64,000 bases of DNA, from NCBI GenBank assembly GCA_030141605.1, contig JAQGDQ010000138.1:186001-250000 (forward strand). The letters run 5' to 3'. The first letter of the stretch is position 1, and every line of letters begins with the position of its first letter. This document shows positions 1 through 12,915 of the stretch, one piece after another. The stretch is from Tubiluchus corallicola (Eukaryota > Animalia > Priapulida). Both the position numbers and the translations under genes were made by a program. The notes below the pieces were generated by a model, which was given only the letters and a program-made list of their open reading frames with translations, had not been told where the DNA came from and did not search any database.

Positions 1-2122
1 AGTGGTACAACCAGCTGCATCGCCCGGTGGTACATCTGAAACGGTTAAAAATACAGAGCCTAAACCCTGAGAATAAAAGTGTATAATTTATAAACTTTAA
101 AGACGAGAGTGTCTAACACTAGGACAGAACCTTGTTCTGTTTTGAGACATAAATAGTGGATTAATTCACGTTTATGGGACGTGGAAATCCCAATACGAAG
201 AAAAAGAAGCCGGGTCTCCTATTAAGAATTAAGAATTATTTCAATTAGCTATTAAGATTAAAGAACTCGAATGAAGCACAAAGTACAGTTTAGACAGCAT
301 GATTATGAATGATCGATAAAATCTTGATTAATATCACTGGAAATTTTCTTTGAAAACTTTCGCTAGATCAACGACCCGATCAGTGATTGTCATTATTCAA
401 CTCGCCTTTAGAGAAAACGGAGTTTCCGTAATTTATTGCTTATGATACTGCTATAAAATATATAACTTGGCAATTACCACACGGGATATAAGCGTTTTTG
501 ATGACCAGCGTTAATTAATATTAAATGATTAAATGCGGGCATCGTATCGCTTTCCTTTCAAGTCAAGGCTTCCATTCTGTACTAATAGCAGATATATAGC
601 GGGTTATTTATAACTGCAGAAAGCTTCTATATTGTCCTGGTGATACGGGTCAGTGAAGAAAAAAGAACACGTATGGGGCGAACTTGTTGTAATACTTAAG
701 CTAATCCACCAGCTTTCACAGAACTCTGCTTCTAAATGAACTGAAAACACCAACTACGTAAATAAACACCATCTGTGACCTTGAAATAATCAACTAGGCC
801 ACATGCTGGCACACACGCACCGCACGCATTCAGTTCATGTGTAACGTTCTTTGCAATTTAATTTTAATCAATGATCTTTCTTGACTTATAAATTATTTGT
901 TTTTCTCATTAACTGTCAATCGGTCGTGCGAGTACCATTTTCTGATGAGAGGCGTTTTAAAATCAAGTCCGAGATGACGCGATTTCTTGTCAAAATGCTG
1001 CCAAATATTTTTAACTTTTACCCCATAATAGGTGGATTTCGTTGTTTAAGTCTTCCCTAAATTTTCGTAAGGTCGTTACTAGAGCGACTGCTACTTCATC
1101 TTTTATGAAAGAACTTCAAATAAAAATAGCGTTTCTGTTTAGAAATAAACTGATTTGTTGTAAATAAGATCTGAAGATCAAGAATATTGCCCTCACTGGT
1201 TGACCCCTGACCCACAGGTAGTGGGTCAAACGTGACAAATTTGTATTTTATTGGCTTACAGTCAAGCGAAAATTCTTGATGAGACAAATTCATTGGAGGT
1301 AATTTTCTGAGATTCAGAACGCTGTCACGGCCACGAGAGAAAAAGTGACAAGTTCAGATTACTTGAAACTGCTACTGTCAAGTACAATAGTGCTTATTTG
1401 CATACTTATTGTTAATTATTTTTACCACACATTTTTATCTTTTGATACGAAATAATATCACCTGTCACAGAAACAGAATTTTACCACAGTTCATTAGTTT
1501 AATATTGTGTTAATGGTGGATAGCATGCTAAACTGACGAAAAGGGGTTGACGAAATGAGTTGTGGCGTCCGAGGTGCGACGTTTTGACTCTTTTGAAGGT
1601 GACGACATTGTATAATCTCGGTCATTATTGGAAATTGTCCCATACTGATTGAAAAATTAAATAACGAATTAGCAGTATATGTATTGTTATTTGCATGTAG
1701 TGATTTTTTCGCGCAAGAGGGATGAATATGACTGTAATAGTGGAATTTACGCATTTAGATATGAAATGATACACTCAATTATATATCTAATGATAATAAT
1801 TTACGTTCACAAACATAAAAGCATAAGAACACGAATAAACAAAAAATTATCATAAACATTGTTATTGAGTTATGTTATAAACTCATATTTTGAAACCAAC
1901 ATTGTCCGCTGGAAAAGAAATGTGAAAAATACGAAGCACAGGTCACTTATACGAAGACTGTGTAATTGAACCAGGAACCATAGCTTAGAAGGCGGAAACC
2001 AAAGTTGAAGTACAAAACTGAAGCATTATAGACAAAAACCTGCTCACTGGTATTTACTAAACACCGATTTTCTGGGTTGTTGTAGTGGTTGTGTGAGCGG
2101 TAAATTTAGACAAAACAGTTTA

Positions 2123-2705
2123 GGCCCATTTCACATCGAGAACGAAGAAAAAGTGACGTTATGCTTGCCTTATTTCTCAATCCAAAGTACAATTAATAAT
2201 GTTAGTCAATGTAATGTCAGACCTGTTTGTTTTTTAGTAAAGTTTTACTAATCACTTGAAAATTTGAAAATATAGTTATATAAAATAAATATACACGTGT
2301 GTTATTTTCCTTTTTCACGAATATAGTCATCGATATTTGCATTAATAAAACATAAAATCGTCAGTCTGTTAAAAGAGAAATTAAATCTTATTATTTTTTG
2401 CTGAAATGTGTTAATTGCTGCTCACTAAATAAGAAAGTGAGTAGTTAAATTTAAGACTAAATTTCGCGAGGATTCCTCAAGAAAATGGAGCATGCAGTAT
2501 TTCTACCACGCGGGAAAATTCCTCACGAAGAGGACGTATAGCTTCTAGCTGGCAGCAGAATTTCTCACGAAGAATTGAACGAGGAATTTTGCGGCGCGTT
2601 GTCACTGTGAAATGCGCCATAAAAATGTGTTCATTTTCGTGAGGAATGCCGCAAGGAATTTCTCCTAGAGGCATTTAGCTGTGCGTCCTTACTGTGGAAT
2701 GGACC
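2123..2705. mobile_element. PIF/Harbinger-like MITE
   Basis: Imperfect terminal inverted repeats: GGCCCATTTCACA at 2123 versus the reverse complement of the right end, GGTCCATTCCACA. TTA flanks both ends (2120-2122, 2706-2708), as expected for a Harbinger 3-bp TSD. Internal CGAGGAATT/TTCCTCACG repeats; no transposase ORF. Confidence 0.6.
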
Positions 2706-2888
2706 TTAGACTGTTAAGTTCAAGCACGCTGGAATCCCGAATGACAGAATGCATTTGCTTTTTGAAATATCTACTAATGTGGCCAAATTTAGATCTTTGA
2801 CCGTTTTACAGGTATTTCTTGATTTTCTTTGGATAACTGCAAATTAAATTTTTCAAAGGCACGTTAAAATAACTTTCCGTCAATTTAG

Positions 2889-5800
2889 GTAGCAGAAGAT
2901 ATACTCACGTTAGCCTACGAAAGTGGAATCAATATTTTCGATACTGCTGAAGTCTACGCTCAGGGAAAGTAAGTAATGAACTTAGTGTAGGATGACGCAA
3001 CAATTTATTTAATCTGATAAATTTTATGATTGCTCATACGACTGTTGTGACCGCAATTTGCCATAAGAGAATTCATGAAATTTTATTAATGGCACCAACC
3101 AATGTAATGGGTTAACACATGGTGAATTTGTACATCTAATGAAGCGGGACCCAGGCCTTGTGAAACACAGGCAACCAAGCAACCTGTCATACAAGTAGAA
3201 ATATGACTCTCTAGTGTAGCTAGCCTATTAGTTTTCAATTATATGAAGTTGTCATGAAACGTCACTATTAAATTGACTTTGCGCTTGTCTTTTATAGTGC
3301 GGAAGCCACGCTAGGAAAAATACTGAAGAAAAAGGGATGGCGTCGTTCCAGCTACGTCATATCCACGAAAATTTATTGGGGTGGAAAGTGAGTTCATTGT
3401 TATAAAAACAGAAAAATAATGCTAGACGACAGTATAAACTTTAAACTAAGACCATATACAGTTTGATGGATTTGTAGTTCGTATTTTGTACTACTTGTAT
3501 CATACACGTGATTTAATGAATGGACTGATAGATGGATGATTGAATGAATAATTAAGTGAATGAGTGAATGAAGCGAAGGAACGAAAATGACTATACAAAC
3601 AAATAATTTGCTTAATTTGAGAAACACAGCCAAACTGCCTCACAAACACTGGGTTATTTTTAGAATTCATCAATGCTTAGACCTGCAATGAATATATTAA
3701 CAAGTTTGCAATCAATAATAGTAGCTGTTCCGTGGCAATTATCGCTGCATAAGAGCGGTGTTTTCTGACGCCAAAGCGAACTTTTCAATGTTGTTAGTAT
3801 GCAATGGGCACCTGTAGTACAACTCGCAGAGGCTGAACTGAGTACACAGGTGTTTTAAAAACATCTGTTCTTGAAAGCTGAAATGCTTATATATATTTTC
3901 TAACTAAACTTTTGCAACGTTGATTAGTCGACATGTTTAACAAAAACCTTCTGAAATCTTTTCCTAAACATTGAGATACCGAGAATGTTTGGCTTCCGTG
4001 AGTTTTAATTTGGCCTAAGTTAGGTCTAGTTCAGCGAGTTATAATAGCCGAATGGTCATGTGATGTGTATGGCGATTGAAAGCAGGAATGGTTAGTGAAT
4101 GGATGAGTGATTGCCGGGTTCGATATTCGCGTTGGGTGATTTCATTCACCTTAGTAATTTGGCTATTTACCTTGTGGAAGGACCATAAAACACCTCTGCT
4201 GGTTCAATATCTTATGAGATGCATCGGCTTGATGAACCTAATTTCGCCACACCATTCACGTTGAGTATGCCTGGCTTTTGCAACAATATAAAAAAATTTG
4301 TTAGTGTTCAATACTGTTTATTCTATTTCAGAGCCGAGACTGAGAAGGGTCTTTCAAGAAAACACATAATTGAAGGTTTGCTGTATGATTTATTTTTGTG
4401 TTTTTCTTAGTTTGCCAAAACAAGTTATTTTATACTTGTTCACACTGAAGTCAATGAGCCGATAGTTACTGAAACTGTTTTCTGACTTTTCTTGGACTTT
4501 TTATGTACCCTTCTTTAGATTGACTTATTTCAGAGTGATTATTATTTGTTGCTGGAGGAAAAGCAGACCTATCACATTCTTTCATTTTCACTTTCACGGT
4601 GTGCTTTGCAGTGTGTTTTTCATAAGCTGTATTACTTTTCTTTATAGGTTTAAAAGCCTCTTTGGTTCGTTTAGACATGGAATATGTAGACATTGTGTTT
4701 GCCAACAGGCCTGATCCATATACACCTATGGAAGGTAATTTCGACTATAACTTTGCTATGGCTAAGCATCCAATGCTATTTTCGTTATTAATCAGAAGCG
4801 AATCGTTATATTTTCTAAACAAGGCTTATATAGCACTTAGGTCTTTTTCACTGGAACACGGAATAGCAAAGGATGTTCTTTACCAGCCTTGCAATATCCA
4901 ACATCAGAAATTTTCCATAACGTATGTGTGCATGACTCGTATGTCCAACAAGAAAAACCTACCTTGTGCCCACAACTCTTATTTATTTATTGTTATGAAC
5001 AGCATTTTTGGCAATAAAGTTTCATTAAACTTTGTAACACAGCGCCAAGTGCAATTTCTTGTTAAACAAAAATCGTTTAAAACAACGATATTAAGTCACC
5101 ATGAAATAATGTGAATGAGTCGTGGGTGATAGTGCTTGAATTTCAGCAGACACTTTCACTTGCGAGGATTTAAAATAAAAAGTGAAATGAGAATAATTGT
5201 TATCAATTAGACCTGATTGCTTTTGGAGAATATATTTTATTAATCTTCATCATCAATAATTATTAAGAGTAGTGCTCTTAAACTTCAGAAAAACTCACAC
5301 AGGAAACATATCAAAGAAACGTAATTTCACTGCCAGATGAAAGAATGACTATTATTTGACCAAAAGGATTGGTCAAAATAGTATCCAGCACAGGCAAAGC
5401 TCTCTATACAATCCAGGAAGCAGACACTTTTGAAATCTACAGCTGCCATCATGTACAGAAAAAGGGAAAGTGACCTACCTTGCTGAATCTCAGCCTGATG
5501 GTATGCACCGTGATTAACATCGCCACCACTGTCATGATGGTGGTCGTGATCACCACTACGGCCATAACCATCGTTATATATCTTTTCTATACTGCGTTGT
5601 ACCATACACCACCTAAAACTTGAATTTTTAGCTATCAAGAATTTAGATGGTCTCTACTGCCTTTTTGATAAAATTATATCAGTAGCACCAGCAACAAAAG
5701 CAGATGTAATAGTGAAAGGGTGCTGCTGCACTGTTGCAATTCTCCTTGTTTTCACTATGACGGCTTGGCCGTTTCTATGTTTATATCAATTTATTTCACT

Positions 5801-7179
5801 CCAGCAATACTTATACAATACATCAACATACAACATGATTAGAAAAAAATTAATATAGGTAAAAAACATGATGAAGTTAAATTAGCCAACCTTGAAAAAT
5901 TTGCTTGTTAAGGTGGCACGAATACTAAATACTAAATACAATAAATACTAAATGGTAACGAACAATGCAACACCATCACCTTTATCTATTGTCCTCTAAA
6001 TGACGAGTTATAAGCAGGTAAGTTAAACGAGGAATCAATGATATCCCTGAGCCAAGTTTCAGACAAGGCAAGTATGGACAAAATTGTGCTTAACATCTGT
6101 ACATAAGCGAAAAATAATCAAAATTTGCATTTATACTTTTAAGATTTAAATGTATAATTGATAAAGGGTTGCTGTCTGATATACTGTAATTATTACGAAA
6201 CATTGAATTGAATTCGTCGATATCATAATATTTACTACCGTTTGGAATGTTCATGTTGTTAAAGAAATTTGTATCTGCATTGACTTTGTCTAGGTATTCA
6301 GTATTATGATTGATTAGGTTGCTGTTATCTTCAAATAAATTTAATTTAAAGGCATTGCAGTCAATTATATTAGCAGTATTTATATACCTGGCGGCCAGAA
6401 AAAATCTTCATTATCGAGAATCGTAGTAAAAAGAAATATATCTGCTAGGCAGTTATGGCAGAACCAGGCATCACTATCATTAGATAATTTAGTAAAATCA
6501 GAGATTGTTAGACGGGAATATTTAAGATGAATCCATGACTCACAACAGACACAATATACTCCATACTGATTAGATTTGACAGGTTTAAAGCAAGTAGAAC
6601 AAGGAGAACGAACCACGGTCATAACTGTGTAGAAAGTACAGGAAGAAAAACAATAACAACAATAACAGACAAACAACCAACAACAACATATCACAGGATA
6701 ATGTACAAAGGGAAAGAATCAACACAGTCAAGGTCACGAAGCTGTTGAAGCTGCTATTACTGTTTCTGATGTTCATAAGAAGGTAGTCACTTTTGTTATC
6801 ATTAATTCACTACATTACTGTTCTTACAGAAATAGTGCGAGCTTTTACACATGCCATAAACCAAGGTTGGGCGATGTACTGGGGAACATCAAGATGGGCG
6901 CCTATGGAAATCATGGTAAATTTTGTTCAGTATTTTTGCATAGGCTAACACTGTGTCATATTTAGAATGCATCCATATACATCTTGTAAGTGAACTCTGC
7001 AGCTTTTAGGAAATACATATGAAGTAGAAAAATGATGAGAATTATACTTTCATATTCATGATAGCATTTAAGTTACATATGTGGATACACAAAGATGACG
7101 ACATTAATGGCGATTATAATGATTGTAACAATTATGATTATTATTATTATGACGACAATGATAACGATGGTGGATTTGA

Positions 7180-7213
<34 letters not shown>

Positions 7214-8496
7214 GGTGGTGGTGGTGGCGACGGCGGCGGCGGCGGTGGCGGTGGTGGTGATGATGAATGTTGGTGTATGCATCATGTTCTCCACCAAATT
7301 GTTAATGCATTTTGATCACTCTAGTTTGTATAGAAGTACCAAATATTTTAATCTTTTAGGAAGCATATTCTGTTGCACGTCAGTTTAACCTCATACCGCC
7401 AATAGCTGAGCAAACGGAATACAACCTCTTCCAAAGGGACAAAGTGGAGCTTAATATGTCCGAGCTTTTCTATAAAATCGGTAATAGCTTTGATTACTTA
7501 TAGATGGACAAACTAATTTTCACTAATTTGTGCAACTGCTTGCTAACTGTGTACGTTATACGTATGGTTATTCCATCACCATAGCTTGAAAATTTTTTAC
7601 CATAGCTCAGCTGTGTTATAAAGCAATTCTGACAAGTTTTATAAGCAACATAACATAACATAACATAGCCAGAACAAAAGCAACAATGTGAAAATCCGCT
7701 TTTGCAAAGTACAATGAGGATAAAGTCAAGTAAAAAACGAGGCTTATCTACTTACCAACATCAGGTCAATTAAGGTCAAGGTCATGGTAAGCTTTGGTAA
7801 AGACTATGGTTTAGGGCTAAAGCTCAGGTTTTATGGCTTCTGTCCCAAAGAAGTCATTTGAAATCTATCAATGGTGTCTGCTAGTCGACTCGCTATGGAA
7901 GCACAGATGCCAAGTCACTGACATATTGCACCAATTTGATCCTCCGCATCAAGCTTTTAACTAATCCCTAAATCTGGTGAATCAGTTTTGGAATCTGGAG
8001 ACTATGACTGACCTTTCTGTTTTGCAGGAGTTGGGACAATGACGTGGTCACCACTAGCTTGCGGCGTCCTAACAGGAAAATACGATGATGGTGTACCACT
8101 GTATTCACGAGCTTCTCTCAAGGTAAAATAATTATATAATTACACCGTCAGCAAAACGAAATTATATCATTTTTCTGTACTGCATTTAAAAGTCAACTAA
8201 TAAACAAAAATTATAGTAATATATGCACAATAAATTCATTTTTGCTACACAATATTTCCACCAAGACCTGTGATGATATTCTGGTATATTTTAAAGCAAA
8301 TGTAACAAGGGAGACCTTTTTTCGGAAAGATTTATTTTGTCTCCTCCTAAAAGAGGTTTTATGTGCTTTACTTTTGCTTTAAACTTTCATGATTATGATG
8401 ATAACGGTGGTGATGGTGATGTTGATGATAACGACGATGACAATGACAATATCTACACGACAATGGTAATAGTGGTGATGGTGATAGCGATGATGG

Positions 8497-8528
<32 letters not shown>

Positions 8529-8568
8529 CTGATGCTGATGCTGATGCTGATGCTGATGCTGATGCTGC

Positions 8569-8621
<53 letters not shown>

Positions 8622-11600
8622 CTGATGATGCTGATGATGATGATGACACCTGAAGAGATTACCACAAGTCGTGGCTGAAATATTGTGTAATTATATGAGA
8701 GCAAAATCCTTCTGTAATAAGTAAATACGTCACCAAGTACTGAAAATTGTTATGGCAAAAGTAAAGAATAAAACTTGTTATAATATTCAGGGGTACGAGT
8801 GGCTAAAAGAAAGAATACTCAGCGAGGAAGGGCGCAGACAGCAGCAGAAGTTGAGAGAAATGTCTGTGATAGCTGATAAGCTGGAATGTTCTCCTGCCCA
8901 ACTGTGCATAGGTGAGTAGAATCTAGTGTTGAGAAGTGAATTTAATGCTAATAATTTACCGAGTCCTCGGGCAGTCAAAATATTAAATCCCCATGAATTT
9001 TATGAACTTATTTCTGCTTTGCACTCATAACCAAAAAACTGAATATCATTTTATCTTATCCAGTCTCAACTCACACACTTCACCTTAATTTTTCTGACGT
9101 AATCGAGCCACTACTTCATCTAATCAAACCTCCATGAACGCACATTATCTCATCTCTCTTCATGTAATCTTAGCAAACCTTTGCTCACTGTAACTTATAA
9201 TACCAATTTAATCGTAGAAAATACCTACTTAAATCTCATCTCATCTCGCCTCATCTCATCCCACTCATAGACCACCTCTCATGTCATTTCACCTAAGCAC
9301 TTTTCTCAAGTTGTTTCTGTCTCAGGTAATACAACCCGATTTACAGTACAGTAAGTTAGTCAGTACTTAGCCTAGTTTCAAAATAAGAACAGAGTCCATT
9401 CCACTTATAAATCATAGACTCAAGTTTTGTCTGTATAGGGGCTAGATAACTAGATAACTCAATGTAAATCGATTACAAATTACGTCAGTGATGGTTATAT
9501 AAAACTTTACAACTCTACAGGACTTGATTTTTTTTCTTAGTGTAGATATTATCTGGTTGTCTGTGTTTTCAACACAACTTGGCGCTTAGAAGCATCACCA
9601 ATTGAACAGTTGCATAGTTTTACAAGCTAAAATCAACAAGTCAAAAAAGTAGGCCTCTAATTATAATGTTAACCTACATAATCATCATTTTAGACTCTTA
9701 TTCTCAGAAATTCTTCTAAATCTGAAAATTTTCAGCAAAATTTAATAGTACACGTATTACAACCAGTCGATACTGAAGCTCTTACCAACTTTCAGGGATA
9801 AACATAACAGCTTTTAGGTATTCTCTTACGATTTATTTGTTTGTATTCCAAATTATTGTTTCTTATCCTAATACTTAAAGGTTATAAATGTAAACCGACC
9901 AGTTAGTCTTCAAACTTCTTTATTAAAAAACAGTTTTCTGATAATTTTATTGCTTTTCAACAGCTTGGTGCCTGAAAAATGATCAAGTCCAGTGTGTGCT
10001 TCTGGGAGCAACAACTCCTGAACAGTTGTATGAAAACATTCAAGCACTTCAGGTAAATAACATCACCAAGATACAAATCTTTAATTGTAATGACAATAAT
10101 TGTTTTGGAAATTGCAAAAAGCTACAACCAGTAACTATCATTCAAGTAATTTGTGACGATGTGTAACAAGAGTCGATCTTTTCATCTTGTAGTCTGTAGT
10201 CATCTGTATTCATCACGGACAGTCAGTTAGCCCGGACAAATTATAAAAATGAATGGACGGATGTACAGATGAACCGATGGATGATGTAAAGCCTGCAAAC
10301 TAAAATTTCATTGTTTCTTAGTTCACACTTCGATCCTATAAAGTTAAAGTTACATAGCTACTACCGCCATTTTAAAAACGTAATTGTTAATTTGGTCCAT
10401 AATTGAAGATTTTTGCTCTGATAAACAAGTAATGGCGGTACCCTGGCGAGAAGCATTGTTATTGATCATTTGCTATCAAGTGGTGTGCAGAGCTGACATT
10501 TTAAAATGGCTAACGGATCTTAGTTTGAGTGCCAAATTGCATAAAATTTTGCCACATCCTACTAACATAATAAAGATAGCCCAAGGTCAGATTTCAGTTC
10601 AAATGACTGTGTGTTTTGTCTGCGTCTTATATTTTCCTATCTTTTACCTACAGGTTGTGCCAAAACTGACTGCATTCATAATGGCAGAAATCGACTCCAT
10701 TTTGAACAATAAGCCAATAATTCGTAAAGAGCCATCCAGCAGGTGAGTATTCAAATTGAACAAAATATTAATTTTTTAGAAAAAAAACAAACATTATCCT
10801 CCATTTTTACTATGTCTTCCACGTTAGTGAATGCTTATTAAATCGACCGCTGAGGCCAGCTTTCAAACAAGGTTATTACATGGGGCATGGGGCAATAGTA
10901 GTCGGGATGGCGGCGGCACCATTGTCTTGGAGCATTTGCCGTGACGTTAATGTTAATCCACAGAGGCCCAAACTATTCAAACTTGGTGCTTGGGTTTGCA
11001 CTGCTGGGAGATAGGCTTCACTATAAACTGAAAAGTGAACTTGACTTTGATCTTGTTTAAGCTAAAAAGGTTAGTACTACTACAAAGCTGTTCGATTTGC
11101 AGGTTTTCAATTCACTCTTTTTTATCTTCACATAAGTTTAACCTGTAAAATTGTTGTGTAGAAGAACATCAGTATTATAGCTTTCAAATGGTATAATTGA
11201 ATTAGAAATAGGAATATTTTCCTATAGTTTTTCTACAGAATGCTCGTTTGATGGATAACCTAATTTCAAAAGCATTTTTTTAATTTGAAGAGCTGCACAG
11301 ACCTTTAACAACAACTACTTCTAGTTTTTGTTTTAGCGTTTCGGATATTTATCCTAATCTTGATTCCTATATCCATTAATAAATAAGTAAACAATATTAA
11401 ACTGTACAGATCGATGTATTACATAAATTTCGCATTCTACTTTCACGTGCGCTAGGAATCGTAACGTGCTCGTTACGTTGCATCAAATTATTTCACTCCT
11501 GTCAAATTAACACTTCATTATAATAGTCAGCAACAGATGCTGTATAACCTAAAAATATTTCTTGACCGGTCAATAACTTCCAGCAGGCAGTCTTATTTTA

Positions 11601-12470
11601 AACTCAGAAGAAGTTGACCTTTGTAAGAGAGGTGGATTCTTTCTATTGATTCTGGCGAGTAATATCACTTGATCGGTTGTTTTCAATTATGAAAGCATGT
11701 AAAACCTTCTTCCCAGTATACCTTACCACTGTCGCAATTTTGCCGTTTTATTCAGTCTAGACACTGCCCATTTTGAGTCCTGCTCCAGAGCAAGGCTGTA
11801 GAGAAAGGACATTTATGGTCCAGCCTACCCTATTGCTGATAATGACTTTTGTATCCACTTGCACTTGTCTATATAGCAAAAATCCATCTGCCATATTATA
11901 ATCACCACAATATTAAAAATTATTACAACTCAGTTTGCTTATATAGTTCTCTTTTTGTATATATGTATATACAGTTATATATATATATAATATAACTGTA
12001 CATAGTTATATATATTTTGTGAATCGCTTTGTAACGTTATGTGCTTGTTATTACTAACTATGAGTGTAATGTATACTAACTTGTTTATCTGAGCTGTAGC
12101 GTTTACCCACCAAAATTAGTAATGAAAGACCGAAGCGTTGAAATATAAACGAATGCGTTATAACAAGCTGTGCATGTTCTTAATGAAATCAAATTCATGT
12201 ATTACTGCTGTGATGCATTCGTTTATATTTCAACGTTTCAGTCACTCGTTGTTAATTTTAGGAGTAACCACTCATTCATGACCTCAATGGGGTTCTGTGA
12301 AAGTGCAGTTAAACAAGATGCGAGAGATGTACCATCTAGTAACCTGTACACTATGCCATTGTATTCAGTTGTCATACATAATAAAAAGTATTTAACAGTT
12401 ACGTGTTATTTATATATCAATTATATTACATATCAGTTTATCATGAGTGCCTGTGATATTTCGCAGGTGA
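2889..12470 (+). CDS. KCNAB2: Voltage-gated potassium channel beta subunit (Kvbeta, aldo-keto reductase family; KCNAB2/Hyperkinetic-like), 5'-partial
   Basis: Exons with GT-AG borders and consistent phase: 2889-2968 ([26 protein letters not shown]), 3298-3387 ([21 protein letters not shown]), 4332-4375 ([14 protein letters not shown]), 4648-4734 ([22 protein letters not shown]), 6830-6915 (AMYWGTSRW), 7360-7480, 8028-8122 (TWSPLACG), 8791-8911, 9964-10052, 10654-10742, 12467-12470 (G+TGA). The AKR catalytic D/Y/K/N residues are retained. The N-terminal exons (GLGTWVTFG region) were not found and probably lie upstream of the window. Confidence 0.95.
4040..4280 (+). mobile_element. Putative Pol III SINE fragment (tRNA/5S-like head)
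   Basis: TAGCCGAATGG (A-box-like), then GGTTAGTGAATGGATGAGTGA (resembles the 5S internal promoter region), then GGGTTCGAT (B-box-like). A related fragment lies at ~28780-28860. Confidence 0.35.
6121..6700 (-). mobile_element. CR1/L2-type LINE 5' fragment (PHD finger plus start of APE endonuclease) in a Kvbeta intron
   Basis: ORF 6380-6694 has a PHD-like pattern (CSTC...[13 protein letters not shown]...WFCHNC). Further along the minus strand (~6121-6175) reads [17 protein letters not shown], the typical opening motif of an APE endonuclease. Frames are disrupted. Confidence 0.7.
7093..7266. repeat. Compound trinucleotide microsatellite (GAT/ATT/GGT/GGC)
   Basis: Visible (GAT)n(GGT)n(GGC)n tract within an intron; explains the low-complexity ORFs at 7058-7388. 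Confidence 0.95.
8388..8646. repeat. Compound (GAT)n/(GATGCT)n/(GCT)n microsatellite
   Basis: Directly visible, intronic; source of the poly-M/L/S/I ORFs. Confidence 0.95.
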
Positions 12471-12578
12471 CTAGAAATGACGCCGGCACCACAGGAATCG
12501 AAGAACTCGGGGGGTCGCCGGCGGGGACAAGGAAGGACGAATGGCCAAAATCAGCCGTCAATCTGCGTGACGCAGTAA
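12468..12578 (+). CDS. Predicted stop-codon-readthrough C-terminal extension of Kvbeta ending in CaaX (CVTQ)
   Basis: TGA (12468-12470) is followed by CTAG. The open frame 12471-12575 reads LEMTPAPQESKNSGGRRRGQGRTNGQNQPSICVTQ, then TAA (12576-12578). The segment is GC-rich relative to its flanks and has a stem 12481-12490/12513-12523. Confidence 0.55.
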
Positions 12579-12881
12579 CAGAAGCCGTCAGCAGATTCTA
12601 CCACAAACACTGTTAGGAAATGTTTCTGGTATTGCCATCACCAGCGCATTGAAACGGTGAGATTTCTTTGGAAATGGTGCTGACAAGTGAAGAACCGCAG
12701 TCTACTACGTCAGTGTTTTACTGGGATCTGCCATATAATTTAATTTCTCTTTCAAAAGAAATCAATGCACCTTCATATAGTGGGAGCTTTTTGAATCTCT
12801 GGGTCCTTTGCATGTTTGTATGAGTAGTTCAGGAATAAGAATATTCGCCCTCACTGTTCACTATTCACTTATTACTGTATA

Positions 12882-12914
<33 letters not shown>
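12882..12914. repeat. (ATG)n microsatellite in the probable Kvbeta 3' UTR
   Basis: About 11 ATG/GAT units visible. Confidence 0.9.

Positions 12915-12915
<1 letters not shown>

Noticed and set aside
1262-1298. AG...GT-bounded mini-exon candidate, and a nearby hairpin TGACCCAC-AGGTA-GTGGGTCA (~1208-1228), as an upstream Kvbeta exon
   Set aside because: The translation (QAKILDETNSLE) does not resemble the expected GTWVTFGxQI segment, and an 8-bp stem alone is not significant.
7058-8704. Poly-D/G/M/S/I ORFs
   Set aside because: Translations of intronic trinucleotide microsatellites; no splice support, unlike the collagen mini-exons.
12170-12616. 148-aa ORF, or an alternative 49-aa Kvbeta C-terminus (VTRNDAG...HKHC) by splicing 10052 directly to 12467
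   Set aside because: The first 99 codons are AT-rich intron sequence. Using this frame needs skipping of the conserved exon 10654-10742, which encodes the end of the AKR fold. Possible but less parsimonious than the R-stop/readthrough frame.
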